Below are positions 38,625 to 50,860 of a DNA stretch of 64,000 bases, piece by piece. The stretch's first letter is position 1, and every line of letters starts with the position of its first letter. Both the position numbers and the translations under genes were made by a program. Below the pieces are notes generated by a model that saw only the letters and a list, made by a program, of their open reading frames with translations, did no database searches and was not told the origin of the DNA. The DNA comes from Mobula hypostoma (lineage: Eukaryota): NCBI RefSeq assembly GCF_963921235.1, contig NC_086097.1, positions 247,506,001 to 247,570,000 on the forward strand. Direction: 5' to 3'.

Positions 38625-40590
38625 TCATAACACACACAAAATGCTGGAGGAACTCAGCAGGTCAGGCAGCGTCAATGGAAATGAATAAACCATTGACGTT
38701 TCAGGCTGAGACTCTTCTTCAGGGCTGGAAAGGAAGGTGGAAGACAACAGAGTGAAAGGTGGGGGTGAAGGGGAATGAGGATAGGTAGAAGATGATAGGT
38801 GAAGCCAGGTGGGTGGGAAAGATAAAGGGTGGGAGAGGAAGGAAATGAAAGGAGAGGAGAGTGGATCATACGTTTGTAGGAGAAAGGGAGAGGTTGTAAA
38901 CTGGATTCGAAATTGGCTGTGTGGGAGAAGACAGAGAGTGGTAGTAGACGATTGCTTCTTAGACTGGAGGCCTGTGACTAGTGGTGTGCCTCAGGGATCT
39001 GTGCTGGGACCATTGTTGTTTGTTGCCTATATCAATGATCTAGATGATAATGTGGTAAATTGGATCAGCAAATTTGCTGATGACACTAAGATTGGAGGCA
39101 TTGAGGACAGCGAGGAAGGCTTTCAAAGCTTACAGAGAGATCTGGACCAACTGGAATAATGGGCCAGAAAATGGCAGATGGAACTTAATGCAGACAAGTG
39201 TGAGGTGTTGCATTTTGGAAGGACAAATCAAGGTAGGACATATATAGTTAATGGTAGGGTACTGAGGAGTGCGGAGGAACAAAGAGATCTGGGAGTTCAG
39301 ATATATATTTCCCTGAAAGTGGCGTCACAGGTAGACAGGGTTGTAAAGAAGGCTTTTGGCATCCTGGCATTTATAAATCAAAATATTGAGTATAGGAATT
39401 GGGATGTTATGGTGAGGTTGTATAACACATTGGTGAGACCAAATTTGGAGTATCGTGTGCAGTTCTAGTCATAGTCATAGTCATAATTTATTGATCCCGG
39501 GGGAAATTGGTTTTCGTTACAGTTGCACCATAAATAATAAATAGTAATAGAACCATAAATAGTTAAATAGTAATATGTAAATTATGCCAGGAAATTATGA
39601 AATAAGTCCAGGACCAGCCTATTGGCTCAGGGTGTCTGACCCTCCAAGGGAGGAGTTGTGAAGTTTGATGGCCACAGGCAGGAATGACTTCCTATGACGC
39701 TCTGTGTTGCATCTCGGTGGAATGAGTCTCTGGCTGAATGTACTCCTGTGCCCACCCAGTACATTATATAGTGGATGGGAGACATCCCATCTCATTCTGG
39801 TCACCTAACTATAGGAAGGATATCAGTAAGATTGGAAGAGTGCACAGAAGATTTACTAGGATGTTGCCGGATCTTCAGGAGTTGAGTTACAGGGAAAGAT
39901 TGAACAGGTTAGGACTTTATTCCTTGGAGCGTAGAAGAATGAGGGAGGATTTGATAGAGGTTTACAAAGTTATGAAGGGCATAGACAGAGTAAATGTGAG
40001 TAGGCTCTTTACACTTAGATTAGGAGAGATAAATAGGAGAAGATGTGGCTTTAGGGTGAAAGGGGAAAGGTTTAGGGAGAACACTAGGGGGAACTTCTTC
40101 ACTCAGAGAATGGTGAAAGTGTGGAATGGGCTGCCATCTGACGTGGTAAAGGTGGGCTCACTCTTAAGTTTTAAGAATAAATTGGATAGATACATGGATG
40201 GGAGAGGTCTGGAGAGCTATGGACTGGGTGCAGGTCAATGGGAATGGCAGAATAAAGTTTTGGCACAGACTAGAAGGGCCAAATGGCCTGTTTTCTGTGC
40301 TGTAGTGTTCTATGGTTCTGTAGTTCTATGGAAGGAGGAGGGGACATAGGGGGGAGGTGATAAGCAGGTGAAAAGAGGTTAGAGGCCAGAGTGAGAAATA
40401 GATGAAGAGGGGAGGGAGAGGGAATTTTTTTTACCGAAAGGAGAAGTCCATATTTATGCCATCAGGTCGGAGGCTACCCAGATGGAATACAAGATGTTGC
40501 TTCTTCACTCTGAGGGTGGCATCGTCGTGGCACAAGAGGAGGCCGTGGACCAACATGTCAAAATGGGGAAAGGAAATCTGAATTAAACTG
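38625..40590 (-). mobile_element. Penelope-like 3' end split by CR1 (pieces ~38625-38889 and ~40331-40590)
   Basis: Minus strand MLVHGLLLCHDDATLRVKKQHLVFHLGSLRPDGINMDFS; hammerhead-like motif at ~38690-38728. Confidence 0.8.
38890..40330 (+). mobile_element. CR1 RT and 3' end, itself interrupted by a Rex1-like 3' fragment (~39468-39795, minus)
   Basis: GVPQGSVLGP, FADDTK, RPNLEYRVQF|WSPNYRKD; the insert has a TATGAC tail, with sister copies at ~33235-33420 and ~49632-50032. Confidence 0.9.
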
Positions 40591-41694
40591 TCCTAATGCA
40601 TAGGCATTAAAATCTGCTTACGATACATCCCAACAGTAGATTTGTTGAGATTTTAGCATCTTAAAAATAGAGTTGAAAGGTTCTCCCCACACATCACCCC
40701 AAACTCCACATCAAATATCTGAGTCTGGTATTTGTGGGAGGGACTAGACCTTTTAATTCAAATAGTAACATCCTAAGAGATTTGTAAAACTGTATTTTTG
40801 ATTGTCAGTTTTTCTGATTAATAACAGATACTCAAATCTGCTCAGGCTCTGTTCAATTACAAGTGACATCCAGGAAAGCCCAATGCTAAGAAATGGAAGA
40901 TAATTGCTATGCAAACTTATAACATTCAGCAAAGTTTGGCACAGCGTCCATAGCAGCTGTTGATTATATGAAATGTTGGCTAACTAAACAGCTGTAGTAA
41001 AATGTGTGCAGGAGTGTTACTGCTACATGTGGATTCATAGAGCTCTACAGCACAGAAACAGGCCCTTCGGCCCACCAAGTCCAAGTCAAACTGTTATTCT
41101 GCCTACTCCTACTGACCCCCACCGGGACCATTGCCCTCCATACCCCTCCCATTCACGTACTTATCCAAACTTAACTTAAATTCTGAAATTGAACCAGCAT
41201 CCACAACTTCTTCTGGCAGCTTGTTCCACACTCACTCCACCCTCTGCAGGGGAGAAGTTGTCTCTCATATTCCCCATAAATATTTCACCTTTCACCCTTA
41301 GTTTATGACCTCTAGTTCTAGTCTTATCCAATTCCAGTGGAAAAAGCCTGCTTGCATTTATCCTATCTATACCCCACATAATTTTGTATACCTCTATCAA
41401 ATCTCCACTCATTTTCTCCTACGCTCCAAGGAATTAAATCAATGCTTTGGGCCGAGATTCTTCTTCAGGACTGGAAAGCGACTGCCAGTGATAATCAACT
41501 GGTATTCAAAAAGGATCTGGTGCTTTCCTGGCATATATATGACTCAGGATGGCTGGCGTTTACAGGACTCCCTGCGAATGTGGAACAGCACATATCAGCC
41601 AGATGGGGCACACAGTAAAGACCCATATCAAGGAAAATAGGAGGTGAATCCGTTTGGATTACCCAGAGAAATCAATGGTAGCAGAACATTGCAT

Positions 41695-42025
41695 ACACAA
41701 TGATTGAATTCGAAGGCACAGAACTACTGTGGGATGACCTGAAGGAAGCCATTGAAACAAGACTAGAGAATAAAAATTTCAATGACAAAGGTCTCGCTCT
41801 CAGTAAGAACTGGAATATAACTTTAAACAAGATGGGACCACAAAAACCTGATTGGTTGAGGACTAACCAATCAGGAGGGACGGACAATGGGAGTTGAGTA
41901 TATATATATCACAGGACTAGACATGCCTGGGCATCATCCCTGATGAAGATGGCGGAGTTTGCCATCAAAAAGTCGGTTAAAATTGGCACGCTGGCCTGGC
42001 TGGAAGCCCGAGGGAGTTTATCAAC
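41695..42025 (+). mobile_element. Second Penelope-like family, 3' fragment
   Basis: KEAIETRLENKNFNDKGLALSKNW (GIY-YIG C-terminus), TATA-like run, hammerhead-like motif at 41938-41976. Confidence 0.7.
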
Positions 42026-43429
42026 TGGCATTTCATTCCATTGTTGCCTGAAAGGAGTTTCTACCTTCACCCTGTGGCTGCAAGGGTTTCCCCCGGGTGC
42101 TCTGATTTCCTCCCACATTCCAAAGATGTACGTTTAGGTTACTTTACTTTATTGTTGCCAAACAATTGATACTAGAGCGTACAATCATCACAGCGATATT
42201 TGATTCTGCGCTTCGCGCTCCCTGGAGTACAAATCGATAGTAAATATTAAAAATTTAAATTATATATTATAAATAGAAAATAGAAAAGGGAAAGTAAGGT
42301 AGTGCAAAAAAACCGAGAGGCAGGTCCGGATGTTTGGAGGGTACGGCCCAGATCCAGGTCAGGATCCGTTCAGCAGTCTTATCACAGTTGGAAAGAAGCT
42401 GTTCCCAAATCTGGCCGTATGAGTCTTCAAGCTCCTGAGCCTTCTCCCGGAGGGAAGAGGGACGAAAAGTCGTGAGCCTGCTGTTTTGGTGCAAGAAACA
42501 TGGCAACACACATAGGCTACACACACACACACACACACACACACACCACTAGGGTGCCAAAGACTTTTGCACAGTAATATAGTAATTTTATTACACTGTA
42601 CTGTTGCACCAAAAAAAGCTAATTTCTGCAGATGCTGGAAATCCAAAGCAACACACACAGAATGCTGGAGCAACTCAGCAGGCCAGGCATCATCGATGAA
42701 AAAGAGCAAACGGTCGACATTGCTCCCACCAGATTTACAAACTTGCTCCCCGCTCCACATTGACAGACACAGTCCTGTGCAAAATTGTTGGGCACCCTAG
42801 CTATATGTCTAAGACTTTTGCACAGTACTGTATTTATCGAAGGCAATGAAGTGAACCTTCAGTCACTGACATTATTGTCTGTAAGTTACTTTTTGAGGAC
42901 TACCATTGGGAATTAGTAGATCACAACCGAGACACATGGAAAAGGACCTTTTACGTACTTTAGTACAGGGTCACCAGCATCGACGAGCCAGAATTAAATA
43001 ATAAGTAATGGTTCAGGTGAATGACCATTCATCAGAGCTGATGAGAAACGTTCACTGACCTAAAACATAACTCCATTGTTGTGCCAGCGGCACAGTCTCA
43101 CTTAATGAGCATTTCCAACACTCTCTGTCTGTATACTTCAGAAATAGAGCCTGTATAGGGACAGCAGGCAGATAATGATCATAAAAAACTCTATTTCACT
43201 GTCATGGTTGCCAGCTCAGGTAACGGCAATGCATGGAAGTTAAGGAGCAAAGAGAGAGGATCTGTACGTGGTGTGGTCTGTGGCCAATGTAGGTAACAAG
43301 GTTCCTGGGTGCTGAGTTGGTAGAGAAAAAACTTCATATTCAGTTTGGTTTTAGACGGTTCAAATGGGTGCTTCAATGTACAGGTTACAGAAAAAGACCA
43401 AAAATGACATAACTTTGGAGGATAGAATT

Positions 43430-44035
43430 TCAGTCACAACATTGTGGAGAGTACTTTGCAGATCAAAGGAACAAACCAAGCTATTGGACAAGGCCGATGT
43501 GGTCTACAAAATCCAGTGTGGGGAGAGCAACAAATATTACGTCGGCCAAACTGGGAGAAAACCATCCACAAGCATCCATGAATTTCAGCTGGCTGTGAAG
43601 CAGCATGACCAACTCTCCCTAGTCTCTACCCTTGAAAATCGAGAGGGGCACAAATTCAGCTGGGCATCAGTGAAAGTCATGGCACAAGCAAGCAAACACG
43701 CGGCATGCAAGAGAATTCCAGGAAGTGTGGCTTTCCCTGAACAGTTCTGTAAACAGGCACATTGGCCTCAATCCCATCCATAAGCCAATGTGGGCGACAT
43801 TCCAGACCACAACGCACAAAGTTCGCCACACAACCAATCAGCGATGAGATTTCCTACCTACATCACAACTGAGTTCCTGTAATGACAACCAATCAGCTTA
43901 TTGATGAGTATATAAAGGCCAAGCATCTGGACGACACATCACAATTAATAGTGCACCGATGGTGTCTCCTCGTAGGCCGACAAAATGTTTGCAAGTAAAT
44001 TGCCAAGATTGGAGAGCAACTCAACCCAACCACTG
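43430..44035 (+). mobile_element. Third Penelope-like family: GIY-YIG endonuclease remnant plus terminal repeat
   Basis: VVYKIQCGESNKYYVGQTGRK..IHE..HKFSW; TATAAA; decayed hammerhead at 43952-43993. Confidence 0.8.
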
Positions 44036-44071
44036 ACTTTGGAATTCTCGGAATTAGAATCCGGTTCATTA

Positions 44072-44582
44072 TCACTCTGTGGCCACTTCATTAGGTACCT
44101 CTTGTAAAGTGGCCTCTGAGTGTGTGTCCATGGTCTTGGACGTGCTGTGTCTTCAGAAATGTTCTTCTGCACGCCACTGTTGTAACGCGTGGTTATTTGA
44201 GTTACTGTCGCCTTCCTGTCAGCCTGAACTAGTCTGCCCATTCTTCTCTGACCTTGCATTAACAAGGCATTTTTGCCCATAGAACCACTGCTCGCTATAC
44301 TCTGTAAACTTTAGAGACTGTTGTGTGAAAAGCCCAGGAGATCAGCAGGTTCTGTGATACTCAGATCAGCAGTTTCTGAGATACTCAAGCCACCCCATCT
44401 GGCACCAACAATCATTCCACAGGCAAAGTTATTGAGATTACACTTCTTCCCCATTCTGACGTTTGGTCAGAACAACTGAACCTCTTAACTATGTCTATAT
44501 ACTTGAATACATTTGAGTTGCTGCCACATGATTTGCTGACTAGATACTTGCATTAATAAGTAGATGCACTTAATAAAGTGCT
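44072..44582 (-). mobile_element. Deleted Tc1 copy
   Basis: GQRRMGRLVQADRKATVTQITTRYNSG; TIR-like CACTCTGTGGCCACTTCATTAGGTAC. Confidence 0.85.
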
Positions 44583-44809
44583 TTTTGTGGAAGCAGTACA
44601 ATTTAAGCCATAAAAATTATTATAAGCTACTATAATTCTATTTCACAAAAGGGAACGCTGGTTTTATTGTTAATTTTAATAAGATAGCTAATAGATTGTG
44701 GGAAACAGTATCGGAGCAATTGGCATAACGCTTTACAGTGCAGAGCAGAACAAGCAATAAAACAACAACAGCAAGCCAGCCCCTCATCCTCTATCGAGCA
44801 TCAGACAGG

Positions 44810-45466
44810 TGCACATTGTGTGGCCATTAGACATTACGTCATGCTTGGAGCAAACAGTTTTTAAATAGCATCACTTATGTTCAAAAGGCAGTGATTTTTA
44901 TTACCGATATTTGCTGAGAAATAAGTAGTAAGACAATTCAAGACTGTTTTATTCACTGCAGTTTCAAGCATTCAAGCTTAGAGATGCCAGAAGTAGCCGG
45001 GAGTGAAAATGAAACAATATTACTACTTCAACAAGTTAGGGACTATGAAGAATTTGAAGGTATCGACTATCATCTTGAATGTTAGAATGAAAATGAAGAC
45101 TTAGAGGATGCAATCATCAATAACATTCTACAAAAGCAGTCCATTATCTGCACTTGGCGTCTGCACTGATTTTGTCATTTACAGTCAATCAAAAGAACAC
45201 AGCAGCATACACTGGATGAATTCTTTGGCCGATAACTATTAGGAACAGTTAGAAATAGTTTTATCATACTGTAGCAGTATATGTAGTATTATAATTTGTT
45301 CTGTATTTCATTTAAATACATAATTTGTTATCTAGTTAAACAACAGTTTGTCTTTTTTTAAATACCTTTTTAATTATTTCCATAAAACTTCGGCTAATTG
45401 GAGCAGTCAGTTAACTGGGTCAAAATGTACTGGTCCCAATGTGTCCCAATTAACCAGAATCCACTG
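44810..45466 (+). mobile_element. pogo/Tigger-like DNA transposon 3' remnant
   Basis: Right end CCCAATTAACCAGAATCCACTG followed by TA; DCFIHCSF resembling the pogo NCF..CGF motif; left end not found. Confidence 0.5.
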
Positions 45467-45922
45467 TATTTTATAAATTGTTAATTTATTTGTAGTAGTA
45501 TTACTTTATGTGTTATGTGTGAATTACAGGTACCGTTTTGTTTCCTTTGGTCTGGAGGAACGTTCTTTCGTTTGGCAGTTTTTGTGCATACAGTTGTATG
45601 ACAGTAAACCCGAACTTGAGAGTGAATATTGTAACAGAAAGCGGAACACCAGCTTAAGTTAATCCTTGATAGAAATATCAAAGTGCTTCAAAAGCCATTG
45701 GCAGGTCACCACCTTATCATTGCAATATTAAGAGCCGGGGACCCGCATGTAAAACAGATCAGAAATCCCACGGTATCACGCACAATATATTCGACCGTCA
45801 ATGGAAGAAATAGCTTGAAGTAATCAAAGCAGATTGAATACAAGAAGAAAAACTATCTGTGATGGCACTGACATACAGTTTCAGACCGGTTCCATGCTCG
45901 TTGTTGAGCGATAGCGGCTTAC

Positions 45923-46151
45923 CTTGCAGGTTTTGAAGTGGTAATGTCATAATACCTCCAGCGGCAGCCGCGGCAACCAGGCCCTGGATGTTGGTTAAAT
46001 TGGCGGCTGGCAGCGTGAGAACGAGCCCCTGCTGGCTACCGAGCTGTCCCGCCATATTGAACGGTATGAGGATTGGCTGATTGAGGGTGGGATTGCTGGT
46101 TGGTATCACTCCTGCCACAGCAGAGGCCAACTGCTGTGCTGTTAACAATGG
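45923..46151 (-). CDS. POU6F2: Internal coding exon of POU domain class 6 transcription factor 2 (229 nt, phase 0 to phase 1)
   Basis: PLLTAQQLASAVAGVIPTSNPTLNQPILIPFNMAGQLGSQQGLVLTLPAANLTNIQGLVAAAAAGGIMTLPLQNLQ matches the recalled POU6F2 N-terminal region; acceptor TTCTCTCTGTCTTTTGCAG and donor G|GTAAGC. Confidence 0.93.
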
Positions 46152-46239
46152 CTGCAAAAGACAGAGAGAAGAACTTGGCAATCAGCATGAATATTCCTCA
46201 TGTTTAATGGCAGCTACAATTTGGGCAAAAATTGTCCTC

Positions 46240-46660
46240 ACAGCCTTTAAACACAACAGCATGAACATTGATTTCTCAAACTTCTGGTAATTTCTCCCCC
46301 TTCTCTCTCCTTTCCAATCTCCAGTCTGGCACCCCTCTTACCCCTTCTCTTCCCACACCTTCCTCTCGTTCCCCTCCTCCTTCCCTTTCTCCCATGGTCC
46401 CCTCTCCTCTCCTATCAGATTCCTTCTTCATCAGCCCTTCACCTTTTCCACCTATCACCTCCCCCACCCTCTCCCCTACCCATCCACCTACCCCCTCACC
46501 TGGCTTCAACTATCACCTGCCATCTTGTATGCCTTCCCTTCCCTCCCCTCCCATCTTCCTATTCTGGCTCCTGCCCCTTCTTTTCCAATCCTGATGAATG
46601 GTCCTTTCCACAGATGCTGCCTGACCTACTGAATTCCTCCAACATTTTGTGTGTGTTACT
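46240..46660 (+). mobile_element. Penelope-like 3' end next to the exon acceptor
   Basis: SMNIDFSNFW*, CT-rich tract, truncated CTGATGA motif, terminal block. Confidence 0.8.
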
Positions 46661-46864
46661 CCACTGCCTTTAGCATCATTCCATTGGATCCCTCCCTGAT
46701 GCTTCAAATGTACAGCATTAGATTGTGGGTTTTTTTTTTTACGTATCTGCCAGTGGTTTCCAACCCTGTCATTCCTCTGGGAACTGCCCTCCACACAGGC
46801 CCTGATCTAATGGGCTGGCAGAGAGAGAGGGAGTTCATCAAACTGTTGTGGCTCATGTTCAACA

Positions 46865-46878
46865 GTCACCATGGCAAC
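46865..46878. promoter_or_regulatory. Candidate RFX X-box
   Basis: GTCACCATGGCAAC, 2 mismatches from the palindrome GTTGCCATGGCAAC, in apparently non-repetitive intronic DNA. Confidence 0.45.
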
Positions 46879-47579
46879 AGGAAGAGCTGCAATGCCTCAT
46901 TATTTTAAGTCACATGATAGGTTACAAATTAGGCTCTGTGAGGGTCAATTTATTTAAGGTGGTTAATTGGATAATAGAATGAATTATTAAATTCATTACC
47001 AAAATTAAGTTGAAATGCCTGATGACTTTTCCTCCAACTCCCCATTGTCTTCAGTCTATTAAAGCTCATCTATGAGATTCTTTGTAACCATTACAAGATG
47101 TCTGTGTAAGTTGGACTCATTGTTTTTTGACCCCCAAGGTTCAGTTACTTGGCGAATTCTCTTTTGCCACTTACTGGCCAAATGACCTGTTCAACCTCTG
47201 CACATTGAACAGAATAAGGCAGTGCACATCCTCCCCCATCCAATTAGAATCGAGAAAGGCGGTGGCAGTAAATAGAGCCAGATAGATTGCCTCCGAACAA
47301 TCCAAGCTCTGATTAAAGAATATTTGTGTTCATTCACAGGGGTCACGAGCCTGAAAAATATCCACTCTTTGTAGGTGTTTAATGAATTTGAAAACATTCT
47401 GCTAACCACTAGCGAATCGTTAACACCTTCAGTAACACAAATGATAGGCCTCCATTTTATAACAAGCATAGAGTAAAATTAAATACATACTTCAGTGACT
47501 TTGCAAGGTAGAGTACAATCATTCTCTCAAACTGCAACTGGAAGGCCTTACTCCATCACATTACAAAACCAGTACACAT

Positions 47580-48925
47580 GAGACAGAGGCTATTCGGCCT
47601 AACGAGTTTGCTGATGAGTTTGATCATGGCTGATTTATTTTCCCTTTCAATCCCATTCTCCTGCCTTCTCCTTGTAACCTTTGACGCCCTTACTAATCAA
47701 GAATCTATCTTCCTCCGATTTAAATATACCCAATAACTTTCCTTTACATCTCTCTGTGGCAATGTATTCCACAGATTCACCAGTTTCTGGTGAAAGAAAT
47801 TCCTCCTCAAAGGGTCGTCCTTCTATTCTGAGGCTGTGCCCTCTGGTCCTAGACTGCCCCACTATTGAAAAAAACCTCTGTATGTCGACTATAGCTCATC
47901 AGCATCACCATCATTATGTGTCTTGTCTTATGACATGGGCGATCATGGTCTTTGATCATGATTATTCTTGGCAAATTGTGATCTGCCATTGCCTTCTTCT
48001 GGGCAGTGTCTTTACAAGACGGGTGGCCCCAGCCATTATCAATATTCTTCAGAGATTGTCTGCTTGGCGTCAGTGGTCGCATAACCAGGACTTGTGATTT
48101 GCACCAACTGCTCATACGACCATCCACCTCCTGCTCCCGTGGATTCAGTGACCCTGATCGAGGCGAGGTGGCGGGGGGGTGGGGGGGGGCGCTAAGCAGA
48201 TGCTGCACCTTGCCCAAGGATGACCTGCAGGCCAGTGGAAGGAAGCAGCACCTTGCACCTGCCCTTAGGTAGAGACATATCTCCACCCTGCCACCCAACT
48301 CTATGCCTTTCAATATTTGGTAGATTTCAAAGTCAGAGTAAATTTATCAAATTGCGTAGGTACATGGTACTATATACACAATTCAATGAGTTCTCCACTC
48401 ATTCTTTGAAGCTCCAGCAAGCACAGACCCAGAGCCACAAAACACTCCTGTATGTTAACCCTTTCATGCCAGGATCATTCTTATACAACTTTAGCGTCAA
48501 ATCCCAACTCCATTCATGAAGGGTATAAGCAATGAAGAAAGACTGAAAGAATTTAACCTTTTTAGCCTAAGCAGACGTAGAATGAGAGGAGACATGATAG
48601 AGGTGTTCAAAATCATTCAGAGTATAAGAAAGATGGATGTCAGCTGTTATTTCACAATTAATTGATCAACAAGGACATGGGGCCATAGGTGGAGACTGGT
48701 TAAGGGTAGATTTCAGACTAACGTCAGGCAGCAGTTCTTTACACGGCGAGCTGTGGACACATGGAACAAACTACCTAGTTCTGTAGTTGAGAGTAGTACC
48801 TTAGAGACTTCCAAATCTAAACTCAATAGTTATTTTAACACACCATGTAAATAGGAATTTGATAAGCTTTGTTGGGCCGAAAGGCCTATCCTTGTCAAAA
48901 ACTCTGTAATGTTCTAATGTTCCTG
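47580..48925. mobile_element. Cluster of CR1 3' fragments (minus ~47580-47890, plus ~48515-48920) with an RTE-type insert
   Basis: SRTRGHSLRIEG; RRRMRGDMIEVFKII..FFTRRAVDTWNKLP. Confidence 0.75.
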
Positions 48926-49407
48926 CACCCAGTAGTTTGATTTATGAAAGCCAACGTGCCCAAAGCTCTCTTTATGATCCTATCTTCCTGTGATGCCTCT
49001 TTTATGGAATTATGGACCTGTATTCCCTGATCCTAGTATGGAGAAATGACACAGAAAAGGAATTGCGACCATTTTAGATCAGCCATGATCACATTCAGGG
49101 TTGATTAGGTTTGAAGGGCTGCTCCTGCTGATATTTTAATGTGTTTTTGTGTTCTGTGCTTGGACCCTTTGCCCGTAACTCTGCCTGGAAGTGATAGATC
49201 TTTGACACACACACCATGAATAGAAGATCACGTTATGCCATGAAGGCCTTACTGGTCCACTCCCATGGTGCTCATTGGAAGCCCATGCTTTGGTCCACTC
49301 CATCTCCAACTGAGGTACCTCAGCTTGAAATTAATGTACATTTCCCAAGTTAATGGTTTTTCAGAAAGTCCATGAAATCCCCCAATTTAAACTAGCCTAA
49401 TCATGGG

Positions 49408-50346
49408 TAGGGTTGCCAATTGTCCCGTATTAGCCGGGACATCTTGTATATTGGGCTAAATTGGTTTGTCCCATATGGGACCACCCTTGTCCCGTATTTC
49501 CCCCGCTAAGGTACAGCATTCCTATAAAACCGTTTGTAAGCCAAAGTGGCGTAAAGTGCAGAAGCAATTACCATTAATTTATATGGGAAAAATTTTTGAG
49601 CGTTCCCAGATCCAATAAATAACCTACCAAAGTGGGGATGGAACTGGACTCTCTCACGGTGGTGTCTGAAAAGAGGATGCTGTCTAAGTTGCATGCCATC
49701 TTGGTCAATGTCTCCCATCCACTACATAATGTACTGGGTGGGCACAGGAGTACATTCAGCCAGAGACTCATTCCTCCGAGATGCAACACAGAGCGTCATA
49801 GGAAGTCATTCCTGCCTGTGGCCATCAAACTTTACAACTCCTCCCTTGGAGGGTCAGACACCCTGAGCCAATAGGCTGGTCCTGGACTTATTTCATAATT
49901 TACTGGCAAAATTTACATATTACTATTTAACTATTTATGGTTCTATTACTATTTATTATTTATGGTGCAACTGTAATGAAAACTGATTTCCCCCAGGATC
50001 AATAAAGTATAATAATGACTACTACTATGACTAAATCATACCAATAACACATAAAACCTAAAATAACACTAACATATAGTAAACGCAGGAATGATATGAT
50101 TAATACACAGCCTATATAAAGTAGAAATAATGTATGTACAGTGTATCAGAATCAGGAAGATTAAGTCAAAACCGATTTGTAGAAAAAAAATCGGCATGTA
50201 CACGTATGCACACGTCACGCATGCACGCACAGGTGCCCGTGCAAGGCTTTATGGTCATGGTAGTCTTTCTCGGGGTAAACACAAGTGCCCCGTATTTGAC
50301 TGCTATTTTTGCCCCTTATTTCGGAGTGAGAAAGTTGGCAACCCTA
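49408..50346. mobile_element. Non-autonomous hAT element, same family as 34639-35072, containing a Rex1-like insert
   Basis: TIRs TAGGGTTGCCAA / TTGGCAACCCTA; flanks ATCATGGG and ATCACAGG. Confidence 0.88.
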
Positions 50347-50860
50347 ATCACAGGACAATTTACAAAGACCAATTAACCTACCAACTGGTACATCTTTGGA
50401 TTGTGGGAGGAAACCGGAGCACCCGGAGGAAACCCACATGTTCATGGGGAGAACGTACAAACCCTCCTCAGATGAGGTGGCAGGAATTGAACCCAGGTCC
50501 CTGGTACCGTAAAGCATTGTGCTATCCACTACGCTACTTCTGCAATCAAATATTGTAACATAATGTACACACATGTACCTTCACATATACATATTCACAC
50601 TTTCAAACATGACTGCTCACATGCATTTATTAATCTCAATAATGTATTTTTTGACTATTTTTCTGCAAGCATCTTTATAATATTAATCAGTCTGGAAACC
50701 CAGTAGTCCACTAAATGGTCACATAATCCTTGGCCTCCAGCCTCAGAGTTTGCTGAGACTGAAGGTGATATAGATCATTCTGCTCGTGATAACATGTTAA
50801 AGATCATTGGTTATTGTTGAATGACGTTCTGTAATTGAGAAGCAATGGCATCATCACCTA

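Noticed and set aside
45798..46181. The full 127-aa ORF as a standalone gene
   Set aside because: Only the splice-bounded 45923-46151 part resembles POU6F2; the flanks are intronic read-through
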